Of a stretch of DNA of 64,000 nt, positions 30,105 to 38,602 are shown piece after piece (position 1 is the stretch's first letter; each line of letters starts with the position of its first letter). Source of the DNA: a bacterium (GTDB taxonomy: Bacteria > Arandabacterota > Arandabacteria > Arandabacterales > Arandabacteraceae); contig JALGZP010000006.1 in NCBI GenBank assembly GCA_025774845.1, positions 1,284-65,283 on the forward strand, in the 5' to 3' direction. The translations under genes and the position numbers were made by a program. Under the pieces are notes generated by a model. The model saw nothing but the letters and a program-made list of their open reading frames with translations. It searched no databases and was not told the origin of the DNA.

Positions 30105-30925
30105 CGAAATCCAAGCAGAAACTTGAAACACTCGAGTTCGGTACGTATGACGCCCGCTACAACATGGCGCTTGATCTCCACCTCTATACACTTTGCGAGA
30201 ACGGTTCGAACCGTGGTTTCCTGAGATTCTACACATGGTCCAGGCCCACGCTGTCGCTCGGTCATTTCGAGGACGAAGGTGTTATCGACATGGCCAGGGT
30301 ACTTGAGGACGGAGTCCAGGTGGTCAGGCGGCCGACCGGTGGGCGGGTGGTTCTTCATGGCGATGACCTGACCTATGCTGTCATTGTACCCGGAGGGGCC
30401 GGCCGGAGCATGCTTGAGACATACAGGATGATCTCGGAGTGCATAGTAAAAGGCTTGAACCGGTTGGGGATAGAGGCGGGGCTAGAACGGAGTACGGCGT
30501 GCAAGTCCGACGTCACACGGAAGCCCTGCTTCGTATCGACAAGCAGGTATGAGATTCTTCACGGGGGCAGGAAGGTGGCCGGCAGTGCTCAGAAGACAGG
30601 GGAGACCGCCGTTCTCCAGCACGGCAGCATACCCCTTGGCCCGGGTTACCTCGGGGTCGTCGACTACATGGCCTCTGGATATGGGGACCGGATGACGCTT
30701 CGCTCCGACATCGACGCTGCGACAACCTGCATTTATGACCTTCTCGGATCATGCCCTGCGCCCTCAGAGGTCGCGTCAGCACTGGCTCTCGGCTTCGCCG
30801 AGCGATTCGACCTTGTTGAGCGCGGAACTCACACCGATGTAATAGACAGGGAGATCATAGATGCCCCTCAGGGGCTCGAAAAGGGGGTTTCCTGGCCCTC
30901 TGGAGTGACAGACAAAAGCACTTGA
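30101..30925 (+). CDS. lipoate/octanoate-protein ligase family protein (BPL_LplA_LipB catalytic domain)
   Basis: FYTWSRPTLSLGHFED, VVRRPTGGRVVLHGDDLTYAVIVP and GGRKVAGSAQKTGETAVLQHGSIPL (catalytic Lys context) match LplA/LipB-type catalytic domains. TTG start. Confidence 0.75.
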   Translation: MTKSKQKLETLEFGTYDARYNMALDLHLYTLCENGSNRGFLRFYTWSRPTLSLGHFEDEGVIDMARVLEDGVQVVRRPTGGRVVLHGDDLTYAVIVPGGAGRSMLETYRMISECIVKGLNRLGIEAGLERSTACKSDVTRKPCFVSTSRYEILHGGRKVAGSAQKTGETAVLQHGSIPLGPGYLGVVDYMASGYGDRMTLRSDIDAATTCIYDLLGSCPAPSEVASALALGFAERFDLVERGTHTDVIDREIIDAPQGLEKGVSWPSGVTDKST

Positions 30926-30949
30926 CAGTAAGTCTTTGGTTTTTATATA
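30922..30949 (+). promoter_or_regulatory. candidate promoter TTGACA-16-TATATA upstream of receptor gene A
   Basis: TTGACA at 30922-30927 (overlapping the ligase stop) and TATATA at 30944-30949. Pattern match only. Confidence 0.4.
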
Positions 30950-30979
30950 GTAACCTCGGATGATGGCTTCTATACTAGG

Positions 30980-33721
30980 ATGATGTCGGCCCAACCCAAA
31001 AGGGGGATGGATACTATGCCTTCCTTGTCGAAAACCTCTGTAGCCGCCTTAGTAGTTCTACTGGCTCTCACCGCGTCTTTAGCCTCCGCCCAGGACACCG
31101 GAAGGATCTCCGGTATGGTAGTCGGCACCAAGGATGGTAAGCCTCTAGGGTTCGCGAACGTCCTCATAATCGGGACGGGTATAGGTACATTTGTTAAGGA
31201 CAACGGCCGGTTCGCACTCGAGAGCGTCCCGCCGGGAACCTATACTGTCAAGGTCATGATGATGGGTTTTGGATCCAAGACCCAGGAGAACGTGCTTGTC
31301 ACCGCCGGGCAGACGACCGAGCTTAAGTTCGAGCTGGCGGAGACCGTTGTTCTCGTCACCGACGTGGTTGAGATTACCGGTGACAGACCTATGGTTGATA
31401 CCGAGCGTACCCAGACCAAGCGGACTATTACGACCGAGGAGGTTGCGGTTAGGTCTATCAACACCGTTGAGGACGCTATTGCCGCACAGGCCGGAGTTGT
31501 GCTTGAACAGGGTGAGATTCACATCAGGGGCGGAAGATCGGGTGAGGTCAAGCAGTTCATCGACGGTATGCAGATCAGCGACCCGTTCGTGGGTCGTAAT
31601 ACGATGGAAGTAAGCCTGACGTCACTCTCCGAGATCGAGGTGCTCTCGGGTGGTTTCGATGCTGAGTACGGTAATGTCCAATCCGGTGTGATTAACCTGA
31701 AGACCAGGGAAGGCGGCACCAAGTACTCCGGCGTGATCAGATTCATGACGGATGATTATGGTGCACCCGACAAGACATATTTCAACTATGACAATGTCGC
31801 GGTCGGCTTCGGCGGACCGCTAATCACCACAGATCTGAGGTTCTTTGCATCCGCTGAGGCGGTATTCACCGATACGTATCTCAAGACCCTGGAGCCCAGA
31901 CAGCAGAAGGAGCTGTGGGGTTTCATCAAGTTCCGTGAGCGTCAGGCAAACAACTACTCGGGCCAGGGGAAGATGACGTACTTCTTCTCACCTACTAAGA
32001 AGATATCCAGTGAGATCCTGGCCTCAGGCGAAAAATACGATTTCTACAGTCACACGATGAGCAGGGTGGGGTACTGGTCGGATCTCTACAACCATTGGTG
32101 GTTTGAGCCATTGGATGAGACCTACAGTCTTTACCTTGGTCCGTCTCACACACCTGATATCACAAATAAGCACATGAGCACAAAACTGGTGTGGAACCAT
32201 ACACTGAGCCCCTCGGCGTTCTATACGATGAGGCTGGGTCGGTACACCACGCTTCACAAACTTGTTGTGCTTGACAAGGAGCCCTGGCAGTACCAGTGGG
32301 AGAGCCAGTTTGAGAGGCTCGATCCTGAGAACCGCTACTATATTGTAACGGGTGACTATCCCCACTGGCAGCGTTACCACACCACGATGTGGACCGGTAA
32401 AGGTGACATGACCATCCAGAAGTCCACGACACACCAGATCAAGTTTGGGGCCGAGAGTAACCTCTACAGGCTCGAGATGGAGGACTTGAGATGGCCCTCG
32501 CTGGATCAGCCGCTGGGTGTGTTCACCGATATATACAAGTTCAATTGCTGGGGGCTTTCGGCTTTCATGCAGGACAAGATAAAGTTCGAGGGTATGAACG
32601 TGAGGGTCGGGCTGAGGTTCGATCTCTTCGATCCGGGCAAGGATGCGGTCGAGGCATATTACAGATTCATCGGCTCTACGGGGCTGTCTACGGGTGAGTC
32701 CGGGTTCTTCAAACGGAGCGAGTGGCAGATAAGCCCGAGGCTGGGTGTGTCGTACCCCGTTTCTGAGAGGGATGCGCTTTACTTCAACTACGGCAGGTTC
32801 TACCAGATACCGAGACTCGAGGTTCTGTTCCAATTCCTGGGTCAGACAGAGACAGGACTTCTGGAGTTCGGCAATCCCCTGATGGAAGCAGAGACCACGA
32901 TCATGTACGAGGTCGGGATTCAGCACCAGTTCACGCAGACGATAGTGGGCGACATCGCCCTGTTCTATAAGGATATATTCGGTCTGACCGGTACACTGCC
33001 GGGTGATCTTACCGAGGACTCACCGTTCATACAGCAGTATGGTCCTACGTCGACCCCGGTAGTCTATACCAACCTTGACTACGGTTCGGTCAGGGGTATT
33101 GAGTTTAAGCTGACCAAGCGTTTCAGTAACCGTTTCAGCGGGAGTATGACCTATACCTTCTCGAAAGCAACCGGATCGAGTTCGAACGAGCTTCAGGGTT
33201 CGAACGTGGTGAGCGGCGGTATGGATCGTGCGCCGATTACCGAGCTCCCCCTTGACTGGGATCGGAATCATGTGATCGCGGCAAACCTCTACATCAGCGA
33301 GCCAGGTCTATGGGGCTGCAACGTGGACTGGAGTTACTCATCGGGAGCGCCCTACACGCCTATGATGCCGCGGGAGCGAGAGGTACGGGCGACTCTGATC
33401 AACACCGAGAGGTTGCCGGCGCGTAGCACGGTCAATGTAAAGGCTGACAAGCGTTACAAGATAGCCGGCCAGGAGATATCTCTGTTCCTGGAGGCCCGGA
33501 ACGTACTTGACAGGCAGAACATTTCAAATGTGAACCCCGCGGTTTGGCCGGGAGGCACTGGCAACTACGTATCCTATTACACCACTGAGAGTGAACTTGG
33601 CGGAGCCTATGACATGGGTGAGTTGCTGGGGCTTGCCGAGGTTGACTATCGAGCGCTGAACGATCCGCGGGTGTACGCATCACCCAGGAATGTCAGGGTC
33701 GGCGTATCGTTTGACTGGTAA
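30980..33721 (+). CDS. TonB-dependent-receptor-like outer membrane barrel with N-terminal carboxypeptidase-regulatory-like domain (cassette A)
   Basis: GRISGMVVGTKDGKPLGFANVLIIGT...PPGTYTVKVMMMGF (CarboxypepD_reg fold). Plug motifs IHIRGGRSGEVKQFIDGMQI and LSGGFDAEYGNVQSGVINLKT. A long beta-rich barrel ends VGVSFDW. The true start may be ATG 31007 or 31016 (signal peptide MPSLSKTSVAALVVLLALTASLASA). Confidence 0.85.
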   Translation: MMSAQPKRGMDTMPSLSKTSVAALVVLLALTASLASAQDTGRISGMVVGTKDGKPLGFANVLIIGTGIGTFVKDNGRFALESVPPGTYTVKVMMMGFGSKTQENVLVTAGQTTELKFELAETVVLVTDVVEITGDRPMVDTERTQTKRTITTEEVAVRSINTVEDAIAAQAGVVLEQGEIHIRGGRSGEVKQFIDGMQISDPFVGRNTMEVSLTSLSEIEVLSGGFDAEYGNVQSGVINLKTREGGTKYSGVIRFMTDDYGAPDKTYFNYDNVAVGFGGPLITTDLRFFASAEAVFTDTYLKTLEPRQQKELWGFIKFRERQANNYSGQGKMTYFFSPTKKISSEILASGEKYDFYSHTMSRVGYWSDLYNHWWFEPLDETYSLYLGPSHTPDITNKHMSTKLVWNHTLSPSAFYTMRLGRYTTLHKLVVLDKEPWQYQWESQFERLDPENRYYIVTGDYPHWQRYHTTMWTGKGDMTIQKSTTHQIKFGAESNLYRLEMEDLRWPSLDQPLGVFTDIYKFNCWGLSAFMQDKIKFEGMNVRVGLRFDLFDPGKDAVEAYYRFIGSTGLSTGESGFFKRSEWQISPRLGVSYPVSERDALYFNYGRFYQIPRLEVLFQFLGQTETGLLEFGNPLMEAETTIMYEVGIQHQFTQTIVGDIALFYKDIFGLTGTLPGDLTEDSPFIQQYGPTSTPVVYTNLDYGSVRGIEFKLTKRFSNRFSGSMTYTFSKATGSSSNELQGSNVVSGGMDRAPITELPLDWDRNHVIAANLYISEPGLWGCNVDWSYSSGAPYTPMMPREREVRATLINTERLPARSTVNVKADKRYKIAGQEISLFLEARNVLDRQNISNVNPAVWPGGTGNYVSYYTTESELGGAYDMGELLGLAEVDYRALNDPRVYASPRNVRVGVSFDW

Positions 33722-33743
33722 TCTCGAGACGGAGGACCTGACG

Positions 33744-35876
33744 ATGACAAGGACGAGATCAGCATTTTCCAGGGCCACCTGCATCTTGCTGTTGTTGCTG
33801 GCGGTTCAGCTGGTGGTGGTCACTTCAGCATCTGCGCGCTATGACGGGCCAATTCCCGAGCAGTATGCCGCTCCGGAGCAAGGTTTGGTGAAGTTTCTGG
33901 GTTGGTACCACAATGTGAACCAGTTACTTCTCCATGTCTGCAACATGGGTTTCTTCGGTGACTGGAATTCGGATCCCTCGGCTCCGTCCTGTGAGTGGCC
34001 GGGTGGAAGCGGTATCGAGTACCTCTATGCAGCAGGGCTGTGGGTAGGGGGTGTGAAGCTCGATGAATTCGGAAGACCGGACACGCTTGTATCCGCTGCA
34101 GTCTATCAGCAGGAGTTCTATCCGAAGCCCGATCCACGGGATGTGATCTACGAGGCCGCCGAAGGGCAGCAGGCGGGTGGCCGAAGGTGTGATGACGACG
34201 CCGACAATCTCAGGGATGAGGATTTCCTCGACGGCTGGGACAACGATGGCGACGGACTTATAGATGAGGACTTTTCTTCGATATCCCAGCAGATGTACAC
34301 ATGCGTTTACTATGACACAAGTACCAACATGAATGCGAACAGGTCTGAGGACTTTCATGTACCCCTCGACCTGATGGTCAGGCAAGGGAGCTATACCTGG
34401 ACCAGCCCCGCCGTGGAAGATTTCATCGGTGTCGAGTACAGTGTTACGAACATAGGCGATTCGACCATCTACTCGGCGTATGTCGCATTCATGATCGATG
34501 GTGACATCGGTCCTGTGAGACAGGTACCCCAGTCTTATACGGATGACATGGCCGCGTACATCGACACGGTGGTCACGCGGACGGAGCTGGATGCGGCCGG
34601 AAACGAACAGACCCAGGACTATCGCTTGACAGTTGGGTACATGTACGACGCCGAGGGCGGTGACGATGGTGATGTGGAAGGCTACATCGGGATCATGTTC
34701 CTTGGTCATACCACCGACGATACCGGTGAACTTGCTCCCCAGAGTGTAGAGATCCATATGTTCCGGAGCTGGTCAAGTGGTGAGCAGGACCCGCAGAACG
34801 ACAAGGAAAGATATAGATACATGAGGGGGAATTCAGATTTCGAGCAGACGATTGACCCTCCGACATCAAGACCGTCCGATTACCGGTTCCTGGTATCGGC
34901 GGGACCGTTTGCGGAGATCCGCCCCGGGAGTACACTGATCTTTCAGTGTGCTTTTGTGGCCGGGTTCCCGTTTGAAGATTTCATAGACAACGCCACGAAT
35001 GCACAGAGGGTGTATAACCTGAAGCCGATGATCAACTGCCACGGTGAGCAGATTGATGACAACTGGCTGGGTTCAAGCCCGCCTCCTCCACCGAAGCAGC
35101 GGGTGATGGCCGGGGACAGCAAGGTTATTCTCGAGTGGGATGACTATTCCGAGAGGACCCCGGATCCCCTTATGCAGATCTTCGATTTCGATGGTTACAG
35201 GATATGGCGAGCGGTAGGGTGGAGGCATGAGAGCGAGGTGCCGGCCGCTGAGCAGTGGGAGTTGATCGCGCACTTCGGCAAACAGGACTTGCCGACCATA
35301 GACACGGGTCTAATGGGAATCGGGAAGTACAGGTTTGTGGATGAGTTCGTCCATAACGGGCTTCCGTACTGGTATGCGGTCACCGCTTTTGACAATGGAA
35401 GCGCCGAGAGGATATACGACAGAGAGACGGACACGACCGATTCGATACCCAGATACGGGAGCTACGCTCAGGCCATGCAACTTGTGTATCCGCGTAGCAC
35501 GCCCTCGAGGACCACGGGCAAAGTGCAGATCGTTCCCAACCCGTATCCGTGGAATCCGAGCAATCCGGCGATCCCCGCGGATTTGAGGGAAACCCGGAAG
35601 GCGATCGGTGATTTGGCCGAGTATGACAGGGATCCTTCGGGGCGACGCGTTACGTTCGTAAACCTGCCGAGACAGTCGATGGTAAGGGTATACAGTCTGG
35701 GGGGTGACCTGGTCTGGAGCCGCTACTTCGAAGGGCCTGTGGACCCGTTCACCGGTGCCCCGCCGCAGTGGAACCTGGTTTCCAGGAATGATCAGGAAAT
35801 AGTCAGTGGCATATACATAGTGCATATAGAGTCGCCGGTGGGTAGTCAGACAACCAAGTTCATAGTGGTGAGATAG
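33744..35876 (+). CDS. secreted protein with acidic Ca-binding-like motif, FN3-like region and T9SS-type/FlgD-Ig-like C-terminal domain (cassette A)
   Basis: ATG at 33744 follows GGAGGA. Signal peptide MTRTRSAFSRATCILLLLLAVQLVVVTSASA. Contains DGWDNDGDGLIDEDF. The C-terminal VTFVNLPRQSMVRVYSLGGDLV...VSGIYIVHIESPVGSQTTKFIVVR resembles T9SS CTDs. Homologous to 53540-55426. Confidence 0.75.
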   Translation: MTRTRSAFSRATCILLLLLAVQLVVVTSASARYDGPIPEQYAAPEQGLVKFLGWYHNVNQLLLHVCNMGFFGDWNSDPSAPSCEWPGGSGIEYLYAAGLWVGGVKLDEFGRPDTLVSAAVYQQEFYPKPDPRDVIYEAAEGQQAGGRRCDDDADNLRDEDFLDGWDNDGDGLIDEDFSSISQQMYTCVYYDTSTNMNANRSEDFHVPLDLMVRQGSYTWTSPAVEDFIGVEYSVTNIGDSTIYSAYVAFMIDGDIGPVRQVPQSYTDDMAAYIDTVVTRTELDAAGNEQTQDYRLTVGYMYDAEGGDDGDVEGYIGIMFLGHTTDDTGELAPQSVEIHMFRSWSSGEQDPQNDKERYRYMRGNSDFEQTIDPPTSRPSDYRFLVSAGPFAEIRPGSTLIFQCAFVAGFPFEDFIDNATNAQRVYNLKPMINCHGEQIDDNWLGSSPPPPPKQRVMAGDSKVILEWDDYSERTPDPLMQIFDFDGYRIWRAVGWRHESEVPAAEQWELIAHFGKQDLPTIDTGLMGIGKYRFVDEFVHNGLPYWYAVTAFDNGSAERIYDRETDTTDSIPRYGSYAQAMQLVYPRSTPSRTTGKVQIVPNPYPWNPSNPAIPADLRETRKAIGDLAEYDRDPSGRRVTFVNLPRQSMVRVYSLGGDLVWSRYFEGPVDPFTGAPPQWNLVSRNDQEIVSGIYIVHIESPVGSQTTKFIVVR

Positions 35877-35911
35877 ACAATTTCCATATAGCATGGAAGG
35901 AGGAAGTTAAA

Positions 35912-36889
35912 TTGAGAGGAACTCTGTCGATTGCGGTTGCGGTGATTCTGCTCCTGACGGTGTCATGCTGGTCCGGGGAGATGTTTGAGAAAGTCGGGAC
36001 GGTCGGGGCGCAATTCCTCAAGATAGGCGCGGGTGCCCGTGGAGTGGGGATGGGCGAGGCGTTTGTGGCCCTTGACGGAGATGCTACCTGCATTTACTGG
36101 AATCCCGCAGGTGTGGCCACTATCGAAGGTAGCCAGTTCACCCTCAACCATTCAACGTGGCCTGCCGAACTCAGCCACGAGTTTGCTGCCTATGTCTTTT
36201 CCTACAAGTTCATTCCCGGCGTTCTCGGTGTCAGCGCCACGGTTCTCCAGATGGATCCGATGCCCGAGACGACGGAGTACAGGCAGGGTGGGACGGGGTA
36301 TTCCTTTGATGCCGGAAGCATGGCATTTGGACTCACCTATGCCAGGATGCTGACGGATCGATTCTCATTCGGTTTAACCGTCAAGTGGGTTCACGAGGGT
36401 CTTGCGGATTTCAGCGGTGAGACGGTCGCGCTGGATCTTGGAACGATCTACAATACGGGGTTCCGTGATATCAAGATCGGGATGGCCTTTGTGAACATGG
36501 GTTCAGGGTATACCCTGATTGAAAACGGCAAGGAAAGCCCGATGCCCGTGATGTTCAAAGTTGGTGGAGCGATGCCCCTGATGAACACAACTGATCACCG
36601 GGTGCTGGGCGCGCTTGAGTTCAATCATCCACCCGATGGGGCGGAGAGGCTCAACGCCGGTGGGGAGTATATCTACCAGAAGTATGCTCCCAACTTCGAA
36701 GTGGCTCTGAGGGGTGGTTACAGGTTTAACAGGGACGAGGAAAGCCTCACCGCCGGATTCGGCATAAGGTTCCCGTTCGTCAGGATAGGCCTGATCAACA
36801 AGGCATCGATCTGGAGCATCGACTACGCTTACTCCGAGATGGGGCTTCTTGAGAGTTCCCACAAGATCTCATTGAGCGCACAATACTAG
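35912..36889 (+). CDS. PorV/PorQ-like (UPF0164-type) outer membrane beta-barrel (cassette A)
   Basis: TTG start follows AAGGAGGA. GAQFLKIGAGARGVGMGEAFVALDGDATCIYWNPAGVA is the family's N-terminal signature. The protein is beta-strand rich and ends in ...SLSAQY. Confidence 0.7.
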   Translation: MRGTLSIAVAVILLLTVSCWSGEMFEKVGTVGAQFLKIGAGARGVGMGEAFVALDGDATCIYWNPAGVATIEGSQFTLNHSTWPAELSHEFAAYVFSYKFIPGVLGVSATVLQMDPMPETTEYRQGGTGYSFDAGSMAFGLTYARMLTDRFSFGLTVKWVHEGLADFSGETVALDLGTIYNTGFRDIKIGMAFVNMGSGYTLIENGKESPMPVMFKVGGAMPLMNTTDHRVLGALEFNHPPDGAERLNAGGEYIYQKYAPNFEVALRGGYRFNRDEESLTAGFGIRFPFVRIGLINKASIWSIDYAYSEMGLLESSHKISLSAQY

Positions 36890-36893
36890 GTTT

Positions 36894-38474
36894 ATGAAAA
36901 AGACACTGATCAAGCGAGGGGTGGCACTTAAAATGCTGCCCCTCATAGTCTTTGGGGCTGTGTACGTGTGTGGCGTGACGGCCTCGCAGGCATGGGTGGA
37001 ATACGCGGATGTGCCTGAATCCAGTCATGGAGATATCGTCTTCTACGTGGACGTTGTTACCTTTTACGGGGGTGACGGCGAGAACATAGAGGAGATTTAC
37101 TGTGTCGTACCGAACGACCAGGTCACGTTCATCGAAGAGGACGGTACATACCGGGGGAAACTGAGATTCAAGACCCGTATTCTTGACGGCGAAGGTGATG
37201 TGGTCGGGAAGTCCGAGAACACCATCGAGGTCGGAGCTGCTTCCCCGGATGATGCGGTCGACAGAAGTGTCGTCCAGGTTCTTCAGTCCGAGGTCAGGGT
37301 GCCTCCCGGCAGGTATACGGCCGAGGTGACGCTCGAAGACCTGAACAAAGTCCAGAAGACATTGATTTCCTTCTTCCTCAAGCGATATATGAAGGGCGAG
37401 ACCGAAGTCGAGATAGAGTCCGGTGAATTCGAGCAGAGCAAGCTTGCGATCAGCGACATCGAATTCGCCCGGAGTCTCAGAAGGACCTCCGAGGGGGCGT
37501 TCCAGAAATCGGGTTTCGAGGTGATCCCGAACGCCCAGCGCCGCTATGGTCTGCTCCTCACCGAATTGCCGGTCTTTTTCGAGATCTACGATTTCAGGGA
37601 AGGCGTGAGCAGCGATAGCGTTGTGGCATCATACTCCATTCTGAACAAGACGGGCGACGAGATATTTACGAGCGAAAACACAATTGCCATGCAGGGCCGC
37701 ACATTCGGCAGCACGGCTCTCTTTGATATTCTCTCCCTGACTGCAGGGAGCTATCTTCTTTCCCTGAGAATATCGGACAGGGATGGGAACTCCCTTGCCC
37801 GGTCCGAGCGCAGGTTCGACGTTGTCTGGTCGCCGCTGTCCTGGGGAAGGTACGAGTCGGAAACGATCGGAGACATGGAGTTCGTTCTGACCGAGGATGA
37901 GATGAAGGACTTCAAGGTCCTGTCCACGGGGGAACGCGAGCAGTTCATGAGGGAGTTCTGGCTGGGCATCGACCCTACTCCGGGAACCGCAGAGAATGAG
38001 GCTCTGGAGGAGCATTACCGGCGTGTGGGATTCGCCGACCGCAGTTACGGTGGTTCCACACAGCGAGGGGCTCTGAGCGATCGAGGGAGGCTCTACGTCA
38101 AGTACGGACCTCCGGACGATATCGAGAGTCACTACTCCGACTTCGAGTTCGTGCAAGGAACGAGGCACATGGAAGGCGGGGGGAGTCCTGTGCCCACGGA
38201 TCCGTTTTCACGTGTGGGGCTCAAGGCCGGCACGGGTGGTTCAGGGAGCTGGGACCGGTCGGGTTCGGCCGCCGAAGCCCATTCCGACCAGAGGGGGGGA
38301 AGTACGGTACACGGGAAGGGGTATGAGATCTGGTCGTATGACGGTGCCGGGCACCCGATCAGAAGGCTGTCGAAACGCACTGCAACGTCGGCAAGAATGC
38401 AGTTTATTCTGGTGGATGAGAGGGGTTTTGGGGACTACAGATTGATCTACAGTACCGAGAAACATGAATACTAA
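36894..38474 (+). CDS. GWxTD-domain family protein (variant motif GALSD)
   Basis: FWLGIDPTPGTAENEALEEHYRRV, GALSDRGRLYVKYGPPDDIE and FILVDERGFGDYRLIYS align with the [20 protein letters not shown] protein at 46689-47954. Starts 4 nt after the PorV-like gene. Confidence 0.7.
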   Translation: MKKTLIKRGVALKMLPLIVFGAVYVCGVTASQAWVEYADVPESSHGDIVFYVDVVTFYGGDGENIEEIYCVVPNDQVTFIEEDGTYRGKLRFKTRILDGEGDVVGKSENTIEVGAASPDDAVDRSVVQVLQSEVRVPPGRYTAEVTLEDLNKVQKTLISFFLKRYMKGETEVEIESGEFEQSKLAISDIEFARSLRRTSEGAFQKSGFEVIPNAQRRYGLLLTELPVFFEIYDFREGVSSDSVVASYSILNKTGDEIFTSENTIAMQGRTFGSTALFDILSLTAGSYLLSLRISDRDGNSLARSERRFDVVWSPLSWGRYESETIGDMEFVLTEDEMKDFKVLSTGEREQFMREFWLGIDPTPGTAENEALEEHYRRVGFADRSYGGSTQRGALSDRGRLYVKYGPPDDIESHYSDFEFVQGTRHMEGGGSPVPTDPFSRVGLKAGTGGSGSWDRSGSAAEAHSDQRGGSTVHGKGYEIWSYDGAGHPIRRLSKRTATSARMQFILVDERGFGDYRLIYSTEKHEY

Positions 38475-38482
38475 GAAAAGGG

Positions 38483-38511
38483 TTGACAACATTTTAGGCT
38501 GGTATTAGAGT
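38483..38511 (+). promoter_or_regulatory. candidate promoter TTGACA-17-TAGAGT upstream of exbB
   Basis: TTGACA at 38483-38488 and TAGAGT at 38506-38511, about 90 nt before the exbB ATG. Pattern match only. Confidence 0.4.
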
Positions 38512-38602
38512 TTAGGCAATAATCTTGCGTGGTGCGGTCTGCCTAGCGTTTTGGCACGTCGCATGTTGATCTTGGGACACATTTCTGCAAGGAGAGGGTT
38601 AC

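Noticed and set aside
32024-34757. Minus-strand ORFs of 300 aa (32024-32926) and 277 aa (33924-34757)
   Set aside because: Both are antisense to the receptor-like barrel and the CTD cargo gene of cassette A. Neither has a start context or a recognisable domain.
38552-38566. TGGCACGTCGCATGT upstream of exbB resembles a sigma-54 -24/-12 element
   Set aside because: The -24 TGGCAC is good, but the -12 position reads ATGT instead of TTGC. A sigma70-type TTGACA-17-TAGAGT lies just upstream and is the more economical explanation.
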